Source: Marsupella aquatica
Taxonomy: Eukaryota; Plantae; Marchantiophyta
Direction of reading: 5' to 3'
Assembly (NCBI GenBank): GCA_973895155.1
Contig: OZ316895.1
Location: 6,378,136-6,442,135, forward strand
DNA: 64,000 nt
Positions 27,001 to 38,563 of the stretch are shown here, piece by piece (positions within the stretch are counted from its first letter, which is position 1; each line of letters starts with the position of its first letter). The notes under the pieces were generated by a model. That model had not been told where the DNA came from and did no database searches. It saw only the letters and a program-made list of their open reading frames with translations. The position numbers and the translations under genes are program-made.

Positions 27001-27260
27001 CCATTTGCCTCTAAAACTCCAAGTGAAATGAGATTTTTCATCATGCTGGGAATATATCTCACATTCCTCAACGTTCTTACAGCACCATCAAACATCTGAA
27101 ATCTTACAGATCCAAGTCCAACAACTTGACATGGGATTCCATTGCCCATCAACACTGACCCGTTGGAAACTGTGTAAGAACTGAAAAAATCTCTCCTAGA
27201 GCAAATGTGAAAAGTACATGCACTATCTAGAATCCAGTCATCACTACCTGGATTTGACAC
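24066..27260 (-). CDS. Copia pol: protease, integrase, RT, RNase H
   Basis: WILDSACTFH (PR); LWHFRLGH, VHSDVWGP, RSDNDGEY, QQNGVSER (INT); KARLVAKG, QMDVVTAFLYG, LYGLKQSPRQW, YVDDML (RT); GYVDSD, DSQSA, KHIDIRYHFIR (RH). Confidence 0.97.
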   Translation of the reverse strand: MSNPGSDDWILDSACTFHICSRRDFFSSYTVSNGSVLMGNGIPCQVVGLGSVRFQMFDGAVRTLRNVRYIPSMMKNLISLGVLEANGHQWSSANGVLQVSTGTKVVLKGKRQCNLYVMEGSVVYDEANVTLSHEETARLWHFRLGHMSEKGLVILQKKGLLSNLQSCKLEFCEHCVLGKQHRKPFGVGTRTSKEVLEYVHSDVWGPAPTPSHSGRLYYVMFIDDYSRYVWIYFLHNKSDVFSTFKEWKAQVENQTGNKVRYLRSDNDGEYSSGEFGTYCKEQGITRHLTTSYTPQQNGVSERLNRTLLDRSRSMLSQSCLPHEFWAEAVNTAAYLVNFSPSSSIGFKTPFEMRYGRPADYSHLRIFGCDAYVLTPSQLRSKLESKSKKCFFLGYQKGVKGYRLWDPVTCKLIVSRDVSFNESRSSKEGESSQDSHTDKGKSPIPDRVEGEISHDAVHDRRDGEAPGLELVPVMEQEEQIVARVPQIQPAAAADQPESSTRRTSSRSTKAPTRYGQWADSSKLDDIDIAPDDDDMALILEEGEPSLYSEACASEQKHEWNAAIQRELQSLSDNKTWELVELPRGQQVVDSKWIYKLKDNPSEGGDKIYKARLVAKGFTQEKGVDYNEVFSPVAKYSTIRILCQLVVFFNLVMDQMDVVTAFLYGNLEEMIFMRQPLGFMKKGQENLVCRLLKSLYGLKQSPRQWNKRFDDFMLAQGFTRMVYDPCVYTKSVKNDVFGFIILVIYVDDMLIVAKDQSEVDSLKAKLSAEFRMKDLGRANRILGMEIFRNSETGQLCLSQGQYARKVLARFNMENCKPVSIPLASHFKLSSAFSPTDAVEKGLMAKIPYEKAVGSLMYLMTCTRPDLALAMGKVSRFMSNPGKVHWEAVKWILRYVKGTQDYGLLFDNRSNRTLVGYVDSDYGGCLDTRRSTTGFVYTLGGGCISWKSTLQKCISQSTIEAEYVAATEAAKEAIWLDKLIAEMGLEHGKMTLNCDSQSALHLAANQVMDSRVKHIDIRYHFIRQAVSDKTFELVKIDGKLNPADAFTKVIPLESFSRHRATLQVLQL

Positions 27261-27284
27261 TACGTTGAGAGCATAACCTTGACA

Positions 27285-28340
27285 TCACAATATGTCATCA
27301 TCATCGAGTAAATCTACCTCATGCGAGCTCGATGCCGCGTTAGCAGAGGCAGTAGGGACCTTTACTCGACAATCCTTTTTCATGTGGCCAGGCTTGCCAC
27401 AATTCCAACATGCAAGAGGCTTCCTCTCTTGCGATTTCCCTCTAGATTTAGATCTCCCCCGTGATGTAGATCTAAACCTGTTCTGTCCATTCGTGCGCTG
27501 CGCTGCTCTTCCCCTGTTCACATTGAGTGCAGTGCCAGAAGAAGATGTTGTCTGTGATTGACCCAGCTTCTTCTGAGCATCATCAGACAGTAATGAGCTC
27601 ACCACCTCATTATACGAAATGGACTTCAAATCTCTATACAAGAGAACTTGTTTCAATCCCTGATAAGACGGCGGTAAGGAGCTTAGCAGAAGCAAGGCCT
27701 TATCCTCATCTTCAACTCCTTTTCCCAAGTTTGACAGATCCACCGCTAGACTGTCAAATTCATCCAGGTGATCCTGCATCTTGCTCCCTTCCTTGAGCCT
27801 GAGGCTCATCAAGAGAGACTTCTTGTATAGCCGGTCTGACGCATCTTCCCGGTAATACTTCTCTCTTAGAGCCTTGAACAGTGACGCGCAATCCGCATAA
27901 TCATCCAACTGCTTGATGATATGCGGCTTCAGATAAAGCATCATTGCATTAACAACAATCACCTACTCCTGTCTCCACTGCTTTTCTGAGATCTCCTCCT
28001 CTCCATCATACTGCTCTCGTGAAGAGAGCAGATGAGCTAAGCCCATGGCCCGTAGAACACCCTTCACTTGCTTCTCCCACAGCAAATAATCAGTACGACC
28101 ATCGTACTTTTCCACCTCAAACTTCACTCCTCCAAATCTAGCCATCTCCCTCTTCTTTCCCACTACCGACAGCTCTGGTAGTAACACAGCTTCCTCCACT
28201 GCACGCCGCACCGGTGATCGTACCGGTGTGACTAGTTCTTCCTCAAACGGTAGCAACTCCTCCTCAGACTCACCGTCTGACCGTCGTGATCCTGAAGCTC
28301 CACCGACGCCAATTCTTCCAGTATCCTCCGAGTCACTCAT
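27285..28340 (-). pseudogene. Copia gag, with an in-frame TAG at 27963-27965 and a terminal TGA at 27285-27287
   Basis: KFEVEKYDGRTDYLLW, a UBN2-type LLLSSLPPSY, and the zinc knuckle CWNCGKPGHMKKDC. The two gag ORFs and pol share one reading frame. Confidence 0.9.
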
Positions 28341-31300
28341 ATGAAACAATCACGGAAAAACGTCTTTTTTTGAAACTTCTCATAAAACTCAAAACTCAAC
28401 ACCGCCGCGTAGCCCACAAAGCTAGGAGTCCAATACTGAAAGCCGAAATCAAAATCAAAATTCAACGGAAAAGTTATTCAAATTTCGGTCGGGGTGGGTA
28501 AAACCTTGGGAAACTCCCCCGTTTTGACCACCTCGGAGAATAACCAAAATACCAAGTACAACCCGTCGTCGGAATCGCGATGTGATCGGTGCGCCGCGTT
28601 GCTAGCTCCAGTGGCAACGTCCTCACCGAAAAAGAACCAAAAAAGTTACCATTCGGCGGACGGAATCTTTGTCGGATGGCCAAAAAACAGCTCTCTATTT
28701 TTCGGGAATATTCCCGCACACTCCGACAGGTCTCACAGGGGGCCGTTCCCCCTGTTGGAGCGGTTAAAACGGAGGGTCACAGGTCCTGGGACAGTCAATA
28801 GAAGAGCCGGCCAGAAAAAGACAAAAAATGGCCCTAAAGGGGTGCAAAGTGCCCTAAATCCTAAAAATACAGGTATAACCAAAGGCGCATCCGCGTAGGC
28901 GATGCGAGGCGGGCCAGGTAGGGTATAGGGAGGGCGTATGGCCGGGCCGAGTACTAGTATTACCGTGTACACGACCGGCAGCATAAGGGGCGCGTTCAGG
29001 CGCAGGGCGCAGGGTCACAGGCTAACACAGCCTTAGGGCGTGCGCGCCTAAGGCATGGCAGCGGGATAGGGCAGGGCGAAAAAAAAGAAAAAAGAGGCAG
29101 CAGCAGCCGAGCGGCCACTTTCACGCCGGCCGGCGCTGCGCAGGGCTGCCGCGCGCCTGCAAATACGGGGTGCGGGGGGAGGGGGGAGACGACGATCGGG
29201 GTCACGGGGGGGCCGGGTACGAGGTGTGTGTATACACCTCGTGTATACACAAAAGGGGCCCCAAGTAACCCCCTTAAAGGCAAAAAATGATCCTTAATTA
29301 ACAAATGCCGATTACTCACCTAATCAGCCACTGTTCCTCACGAGAGAAGTGAACTCCGCCGACAAGAAATGTTGTTGAATTACACCGACACGGTCTGCAG
29401 CTCCAACAGAGTAAAAACTTCCGCCACAACGTCTTCACTCCGCGTCAAGTGCCAATCCCGGGCTCAAAACGACCGCCTCACCGCGATCAAACCGTTGAGC
29501 CGTGGCACTTTGCGTCTCTTCCACCGAGTCGGATGGCACGAAGAGAAAACCGGTTCAGATGAGAACAAGCTCCATAGCTTGTGAAAAAACCTGAACGCCT
29601 CCTTCACTCGTCACGACGCACTCAATAACAACTCGACAGCAATCCAGCTACCGAAACGACCAGCTCGCTTCAACCTTCAACTTAAGCTATAATGTGCGAT
29701 CCCCCGAACACCGCACAGCTCACACTGTTGAACAACGCAAACTCTGGTCTCTCCCCCAAAATCCCGTCGAACACGAATAAAATCTGAATGACGCAAACTT
29801 CAATTCCTCCGCACCACGGACACCGATCAGCGAGTTCTAACCACCGTTAGAAAGCCCTCTCACTAACCTATCCACTCAGCCACACACATTCGAATTTCAT
29901 GCGACGAAACTCCGAATGTGCCACCGACAATGAACGCTGGAAAAACCTGTCACGAAAAAACCTCGTCACCTCCCAGGCATGCTCTGATACCACTTGTTGA
30001 GCATAGACGACATTCGCAACGGCAAGCCCATGAACCATCCAACGCACAAGAGTCGACACAGAGAGATACGTGGTTCACCTCCACATGAGGCTACGTCCAC
30101 GGGAACACACAAGAGCTTTACTGCACTCTAGGCCGACCGGCCATACCAAGCATCCACAGCACAAGCTCTTCCTATCTCTCAACTAGCTCCGTAACAATGA
30201 GCCTAAGTTCCACCAGGGTCTGGCATCAGCCCTGGCTATATGCACAATAGCACTACCGCTAACATTAGCTAAGTCCTAACCCGAGTTAGCCTAACTGTAG
30301 TTAGCTCATGAGTCACAAGACTAGAGCAATATCTAACAAGGTAACCTGTAGCCTCTGATTATACAAAGGAGATAGTTGAGTTTCTTTTATGTAGAGGCCT
30401 GATGTCCTTAACAGGTAACCAGTAGTCTCTAATTATACAAAGTGAGTTTCCACACTTGCATATAAGAGAGGTCTCGCGGAGAGGTCTCGCGGGCAGGATT
30501 CTCTTTAGGCAGCCCGGCTACACAGTCGGTCTAGCCAGGCCGGAGCTGCATGACAAGGAAAGATGGGTGCAATTGACGCAGCTCCGAGGGGAGAGTGAGG
30601 GTATGTGGGACGGCTGAGGGAGGCCCCACAACCCTAAACTGGTTCTGCATTAGAAGGTTTTTTATAAATACCACTTCATGTCAAAAATTGTTGACCATCC
30701 TAGATGGCTCCTTGGTAGGGGGCTACTCAGTAGCACCATCATCCACATGCAGGTGTTTTGTGGGGTGAGAGCAAGTTGTGTGAGAGCTAGTAGTAAGGAA
30801 AAATGCAAGAGAGTTTTAAGGAACAGTGGCACGAGAGTCAAATGCTCGGGGGGGTTAAGTAAGTGTATATTTTGGGGTACCACATGTGATCCTAGCCTAA
30901 TATAAATAGACCTATTTCATAAAGAAAATATTTCAAGAATATTCTTCATTTTAAATTTTAATAACCTATTTTATTTTATAAAACATATATATATTAGAGA
31001 ATATTCTATAAACATGAGTTTCTTATACCTTCTTTTGCCTCCTACGCTTTCTAAATTTTTTAATTAATTTTTATCAAAATTGACTATTTTGGATCACACG
31101 TTGTTCTTAAGATTTTTGATAGTCAACTCCCCGAGGTCAAACGGAAGCACAAGAGTCGTAAGGAACCGGGTAGCTGTACTCGAGAGTCTGTCTTTTTTAT
31201 TGTATGTACACTCGTAAGAAGGAAGGGAGTAGCTGAAGCTCTCGACAATCAGTTTTTAGAAAGAATATCTGCACACTCGTTTGGTAGGAGGGGAGTAGCC

Positions 31301-31559
31301 GATGCTCCCAAGAATCTGTTTTTTTACAAAGAATATGAACTCGGTATGTGAGGGGAGAGCTTAGACAAAGTATTGTGAGGAGGCCATGACGTGAAAGGTG
31401 CATAAATTGGCCATGAGGTTAACAATGCATTAAGAGGGAATAAAGGGACCTTGTACAATCATTATTAATGCATCGCTACATGGTCATTGTTGTTTGGTGT
31501 TTGTTTTAAAATAATTTTTTGCATACAAATTTCTATGTTACTTTGACATCCAACATTTT

Positions 31560-34300
31560 TTCCAGCTCATGAGATTTGAGGCTAATACAGTGAAGACTAT
31601 CTTTTCCACCATGAGTATAGAGGATGATCCATGTCATTGTCCCTTAGACCAGCGGAAGCACCCCACTCAACGTGGTGGCCTTTCTAGGAAAAGTATCCTA
31701 GTGACAACATAGACTATAAGAGACTTCGGAGACCGGATGCAAGGCCTACAATCAAGGTCCCACTTCACTTGTGGAATGAAGGGGAGGAGTTGAGAGTTTT
31801 ACTTGGTGATGAACATACTGCACATTCGGTTGCCATTGAGTGATTGTTTCATGAAGTGTGAGATAGGTTCGAGCATTTGAGGAGATGGCAAGCAGAGCAA
31901 TGTGCTAGAATGCTACAAGAGCTTGCATCAGTGACCGACATTGAAGCTTAGTTTGTTGAGCTTTATGAAACTATCCCTAATAAAAAAAATTATTTACCAA
32001 GTGATTTTTATTTTTGAAATCCTAAGAGCAGTCAACGTTCATAGGATCATGACCAGCATATGGATTTACGTGATATATATTTATAAAGAATTAAATTATA
32101 TCTCTTACTTTCTCTTGGCATTTATTGAACATAAAAAATAAATTATTCTATATTGTACATAAGACTTCCTTTATTTTGCTTATGCTGTCTTGGGATAATT
32201 GTTTTGGGGGGTTGTTGATGTGGAGTTTTTCAAGAACTATTTTTCAAGACCAGAATCAATCCATAATGTTATTACATCTTTGGTTATTTTTTACAGAGTC
32301 AACAATTTGTAACAAGTGATGCACAAATAGACGATCAGGAGGAATTGCAAGAGCATATTGTTGAGCAATACCCACAAAGCCATGTGTTGAGATAAAAAAT
32401 ACAAGGGTTTTTTATGCTTTTAGAAGCTCCTATACATGAGTAGGTTGTGGATCTAAGGAGGTGCAATAATTTATATTTACTGCACATTAATTTTATTTCC
32501 AAGCATATTCAATCTTTACACGACATTTTGTGTTTTTATTACAATTATTCTAACTATCTAAATATTTGTATTGAATTAGGAGGTGGTCTTGAAGATGTAA
32601 AAACTCAATTTGAGTAACAAAGTGCATTTCCTGAAGGTTTCTAAATCAAACTATTATACAAGTCAATTAAATTTTTATTTGAATATAATCTAGTTAAATG
32701 TTTTTTTAGGTTTTACAACAAAATCATGTTTTTATCTTCATTACATAGGTTTGCTGAAACATGAAAGGCATCTACACATTGTAATATGATTAAATGATTT
32801 AAAAATAAAAATTGCATAATTTTTATAAAAATATTATATTATGAGTTTTTTTTGCAAATTCTGGACTAGTTGTGTTTCTAGATTGTTGTTGGGATTCTTC
32901 TCAAAGTGGGTATCAGGGTATTTTCTCTATCATTGATAGGTATGATTGATAATAGGGTCCTTGAGATGACCATTGTGAGTAGAAAGAAGTAGAATAATTT
33001 TTGGTACATGGAGGAGATAGGAGCCAAGAGGGCACTAGATAGTAGGAGTGATTATTAAAGAGGTTATCCACGATGACTAAAGTAGCATTGATAAAATTAT
33101 TAAGAAGATATGACTTATAAACCAGAAGTACTAATTGCACAAGGCAAACATTTTGATAAAAATTTTGGGCAAGTGCGAGGGCAAGTGCCACATTTATCCT
33201 TACTATTGACATAGACAGTATGACATTTTATTCTAATTTGCTCGCTCATTTGCAAGCATTCACAAACAAAAATAATAAAAGAGTGTCTAAAAGATTGGGG
33301 TATTAGAGGCCACTCTAAGTGGAGGAAGGAGGAGTTAGTTCATCAAGTTTCTAATTTGCTTACTTAGGCTGCCTAAAGAGGACCTTGTACACATTGGTAC
33401 GCATGGTCTCAAGTTTTCCGATATTTGAAGCACAATTTGGGAAGCAAATTTAAGACGTGGTTTACGTGTGTTCCCAAACATGTAAAAATAGGTATACTTA
33501 TACTAAAGTCTTGCATATTGCATGTAATGCTACCTTGATAAATATTTGATAGATTAAACTTAATTTGTATTCATTATATATATATATATATATATTTTTA
33601 ATACTTTGCAATGAAGGGGAGACGATATTGAATTCTTTGCTTTTAAGTTAAAAAATTGTGCAGATCATTGGGCTGATGACCATCAAAGGTGTATGACACT
33701 GTATAATTGCCCTTGTCAGCATCTTGGAGAACCTAATGCGTTGCAACTGGACTTATACTTTGAGAGGGATAAAATATATACTTCATCGTATAATTTTATG
33801 AATTTCTAGATAAATTAATATTTGGGATGTTGCATGATATAGTAATTGAGAAATAAGTAACTATTTTTCTTTGAAAATGCAGGTGTGAAAACTCACAAGG
33901 CCATGGAAGCTCTTATGACCAAGGACATAAAGGCAAAAGAAAGTGATTTTATACCATGGCTTGTGAGAATTTTATGTCTAAGTAAAATGTTCCATTCTAT
34001 AATGGATAAGTCTAAAATGTTCCATTCTGTAATGGATAAGTATGCCATATTGCATATGATCCATTTTTATCTACTCAAGGTGCGTGTTTATGTTATAGTG
34101 CTATGGATTAGAATAAGAATATTAGAATACATGTTTAAAAAGTTTGTGATCGTCGAGCAATGAACATAATTGTTGACTTCACAATACATCATATCATTCA
34201 CGTGTATTAATAGATTGTACCACAAGTTGGAAGGACGAGAAGTGTATGTATATATGAAGTACCTTAGTCCTAAACCAACATGCCTCAGGTAATAATGTTT
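31560..34300 (+). mobile_element. Decayed, apparently intron-containing Mutator-like DDE transposase
   Basis: Manual translation gives DCCWDSSQSGYQGIFSIID (32881), ME.IGAKRALD, IKEVIHDD*SSIDKII, HKA, DHWADDHQRC (33663) and MFHSVMDKYA (about 34015), with stops and frameshifts in AT-rich DNA. Ends not defined. Confidence 0.6.
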
Positions 34301-35249
34301 GGCCTCAAACTCACATTTGTTTTGTGCAGAGATATTGCACTGAGGATGGTACTCTATTTTTAATATATGTTCATAATTGGTCTAATGTTCTATGAATTGA
34401 TTGCATGTTATCCTTTTAGGGGGTTGTTTCTCTAAAGAGATCAAGCTAAAACCTGGGAGCATTTTACTTCCATATATTATAGATGCACTTAGCATTTTTA
34501 GTATCTAGCATGTACAACACTATATACATTGTTTATTATTCTAAATTTATTTGCTTATATTGTGTACAAGTTGTAATACACTAGTGAAATTTTTGTCTCA
34601 TTCTAGGATTGTAAATAATATTTTGCACAATTGGTTTGTTATTTGGTTCCAAAAAGTTTTGGACCTATAAATTGTGTCTGGTATAACAAGGTTACAGTAT
34701 TAATTTGTAAATCTGCAATTTGGTATACCCTAAACCCTTACACACAATTGTTTGATAATGTGACGTAAATCTTCTATGTACAAATAAAACACAAAATTAT
34801 TTCATCATAACACAAACTATGCTTTAATGTGTCTATTCAAGTTTGAAAAACCAAAATTTTCTTAAACAAAACTTTTCTTTATGGACTCCCATAGAAAGCT
34901 CCTTCCAAAATTCCTAAAAGCATGTGCAACCACATCAGCACTCTTGGTCACAAACAAGAATGGTTAGTTATGCAAGAAGAACCAAACATGACTTTTTGTG
35001 TTTGAAGCAAGACAAAGGAAAAAATTAAACCCCGTAACTCTAAAACCAATGGAATCATGAAACAATACTTTAAATGAATAAACAAAGAAATTGGTAAAAG
35101 AAAATAACCTTTGGATGCATGGGTCATGATTGATGAATCGGTGTTTTCAAGTAAATTGTCTGAATCTTCTATTTAATTGACAAATTTGTATACAACTATG
35201 GGTAAAATAAAACTCTTCACCTATTATAACATTAACCAAGGTAATTAAC

Positions 35250-35410
35250 ATAAGAAACACTTTGGTTACTATGGACAAAGAAATACCAAGGGATATTAAG
35301 AAACCCTTTGGCTACTATGGACAAAGGAATATGAAGGGACAATAAGAAACACTTTGGCTACTCTGGACACATGAATATCAAGGGAGCATAATAAACGTTT
35401 TGGCTACTTT
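35250..35410. repeat. Tandem repeat, about 46-bp unit, 3-4 copies
   Basis: TAAGAAAC(A/C)CTTTGG(T/C)TACT.TGGACA...AATA...AAGGGA repeated. Confidence 0.8.
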
Positions 35411-35820
35411 AACATGGACTCTATGAAATGTTATAGGGACTGCATGGACATATATAGCAGTAATTACAAAGCATTTTGAATGGACTATTTCCACAAATTA
35501 ATAATCTTCTCTTTTTGTCCATCATCTCAATTTCAAACATATTCCAATAGGCAATTTTTCATGATCGTTCCAACTTGTTAAATAACATCAAACTTACATA
35601 ACCAAAGGGTCCTCAATGAAACTAATTTGGTATAAGGGGTGTACTGCCAAACTGAAATGTATGAGAAACGTTCATAGAAGAGATTTTCAAAATAATACTC
35701 ACAATATAGATACAATCCACACTTGAGAATACAATTACTCCCAACGGGGTTTGAACCTTTTTGTTGCCACCCATTGGAGTTCCAACCCTAATGATAAGGG
35801 AGGAGGCACAGGCCCAAAAA

Positions 35821-36424
35821 CTTGGGGGTTTCACTTCCACAAAAATGGCACATCACGTGCGACAAAGTATAGGGTCATTTTATTGGTTCAAAGAGAAAAC
35901 TTAAAAATTTTCTGAGAAGAACAATAGGGTCTTTTAAATCAAATTTTGAGACTTATAAGAACATTAGGTCCTTATAATCAATTTTGGAATATTTCAAGAA
36001 TATTCCAACTTTATAGGGGTTGAAAAATAATTTTTTCTTATATTTTAGGGGTTCAAGGCCTAAAAATTTCACAGGTGATGGGGAGGCATCCACTCGGGGA
36101 CCTCAATCCATAGGGTGTCCCATATCACGCGCAAAGTTTTGGGGGAATAAACACCCTAAAAGTTAAGTCAATAAAGTTTTTCTTAGGAATTGTTGTACTC
36201 CTAACTTAATAGAATATTCTAAGAATATTTCCAAATTTGATTTAAAAAAACCCTATGATTCTTAGAATTCTCAAAATTGGATTAAAATAACTCTAATGTT
36301 CTTCAACAAAAATTTAAAAGTATTTCACTAAACCCAATAAAAAACCCTATACTTATTCGCGCATGATGGGTAGGAAGAAAAGAAGTGAGGGCCCCGGGGG
36401 CATCCATATAGTGAGACCCCCGAG
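35821..36424 (+). mobile_element. MITE family A, copy 2, containing a nested related MITE
   Basis: TIRs CTTGGGGGTTTCACT / AGTGAGACCCCCGAG; perfect 8-bp TSD CCCAAAAA (35813-35820, 36425-36432). Confidence 0.88.
36093..36398. mobile_element. Nested MITE of a related family
   Basis: TIRs CTCGGGGACCTCAAT / AGTGAGGGCCCCGGG; perfect 8-bp TSD GGCATCCA (36085-36092, 36399-36406). Confidence 0.85.
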
Positions 36425-37428
36425 CCCAAAAAACACAACATACACTAAAATAAATAACCCACATGGACAGTACTATATTTGAAAAAGTTATGAAAAGCTG
36501 ATTGAAGAAGGAGATGGATGAAAAGTGAAGACAAGAGAAGCAAACAGTTCAATACACATAACACATTCCAGTACAAACCCAACTCCAACTAGGAAGAACA
36601 AAATATCAACCCATGCTACTTACCAAGTGTCTTCAAGGTTAAATGTAATGTTGATGTAAGATTCCTTGGAAAGGTTATCCTTGCCAAGAAGTTGGCAGTT
36701 GCTGCCATTTTTCAGATCATAAGATAAGGTTGCACACATGTGGAAGACTTCAAAATGCAATGGAGAATGAAGAGTAGCATTTAGCTCAACAAGGTTGTTG
36801 TCAATGGCCTCACAAAATCCTGAGAACTTTGCAACAATGTAATCCTGCCTCAAAAGAAGAGCTCTACTTTTGTGGGGTGGAGCGACCAGCCATGAGAAAC
36901 GATACAATCCCTGACTGTATGATACAACAATCATCTGTGCAGGTCTATTCAGATCCTCCCTACACGTGTCATGCCATAAAAACTACGTGCAATTGGTAAC
37001 AAATCATCCTAACAATGGATAGGAAAATTGATCAAGCAAAATATCATGAAGAAGAATTGACAATTGGTATTGGCAAATCACAATTAGAAGTAAAATTGAC
37101 CTTGGTCGCTATTTGCGTCTGCACACTATGCAATAGCAATGGTCTGGAGTAAGTATGGTCCGGTGTACAAGTTGGAAAAGGACGTAGCTGGTCACATAGA
37201 ACATCTGCAACAGTAGAACGAGAAAGGGGAAGGGAGTATGGAACGGTGTGGAGGTAGAGCTCATCAATAATTGATCGGTCAGTTAGCAAGGAGTGGAATG
37301 CACTGCCAACAGGGCTTATCCAAAACAATGTAAACATATAGTCTCTCCAGCAATGTCTGTCCTTTCTTCTCCAAGGTCCCATTCCAATCAGTTTTAGCTA
37401 GAGTGAAATACTGATACTGATCCGAGAA

Positions 37429-37712
37429 CTTGGGGTCTCACTATATGGATGCCTCCCCACCACCTGCAACGTTTTTAGGCCTCGGACCCCCTAAAATGTA
37501 AGAATTTAAAATTTTTTTCAACCCCTATAAAGTTAGAATATACCAAAATTTTGGTTATAAGGACCCTAATGTTTTTATAAATCTCAAAATTTGATTTAAA
37601 AGACTCTATTGTTCTTTTCAGAAAATTCTGAAGTCTTTCATTTCAACCAATAAAATGACCTTATATTTCATCGCATTTGATGTGCCATTTTTGTGGAAGT
37701 GAAACCCCCCAG
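37429..37712 (-). mobile_element. MITE family A, copy 3 (inverted)
   Basis: Reverse complement of copies 1 and 2; flanks TCCGAGAA / TCCAGGAA (6 of 8 TSD match). Confidence 0.85.
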
Positions 37713-38563
37713 TCCAGGAAAATGCAGTGTACAACATCGTGCATGCAGTTCCGTCTTATTGCTCATGCAAGAGCTCTCGCAATGCACAAACCAACCCACA
37801 TGTACGTAAACATTAGCTACAAAATCATCACCGACTACGCAAAGAGGTCTATTGAACAATTATACTGAGAGTGAGCATGATTCAACCCAATGTTGATTGA
37901 TATATAAACCATCTTTTGACAAAGACTAAAAATGCTAGAAAAGTCTAGGGATCAGAAATTGTGGAAGTGAAGGAATGATGACTGCTGTCAGTAGAAACTG
38001 CAGTGCAGGTGTTGAAGGAATCAAAAGGAGATGGAATTTGGGATGGCATTCACATGTACCTGATGACAATCGCCAACAAAGACACCAAGTGGGATGAGTT
38101 CCAATGCAAGTAAAAACCAAAGCAACTGTCGCCAACAATACCAATCCGAAAAGCAAGATTGATTGATCCAAAACAATTTGGAGGAAAAATGTGGCAACAA
38201 TTTTTGGGGAGCACACTCTGTACTAGTGAAAAAGCTCAGGGGAGAGCTGGGCAGCAACGCACAGCTATGTCAGTGGAGAAGCTGAGGGGAGAGATGGGCA
38301 GACACTGGCTTTGTCATTTGCAAAAGACATGCAAACTCACCCATTGCTAGAGAGGAATGCGGAAAACTTGCAGGCTGCGGAGCTGTTCACCCAGGATCAC
38401 TACACATTGGGGCAGCAAAGAATGATGAGCCAAACAGACCAAGGGCCCTTTTATACTGGTAGCTGTGATTTAAAAGTGGTGAACGCCTCAAAAGTCTAAT
38501 AGGGAAATAATGTGAAACTCACCAGATATTTACTTATAAATGTGAGGTGTTAATGTTTATTTT

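Larger units (their letters stand above)
23515..30338 (-). mobile_element. Full-length young Ty1/copia LTR retrotransposon
   Basis: LTRs 23515-23858 and 29995-30338 (344 bp, TG...CA, 3 differences); TSD AGGTA (23510-23514, 30339-30343); PBS TGGTATCAGAGC (29981-29992, tRNA-iMet); PPT TCAAGGGGGAG beside the left LTR. Confidence 0.98.

Noticed and set aside
27278-27317. Mini-intron that would remove the gag stop
   Set aside because: The GT...AG span is only 40 nt and would shift the frame.
25433-27796. Short plus-strand ORFs in the copia
   Set aside because: Antisense shadows of gag-pol.
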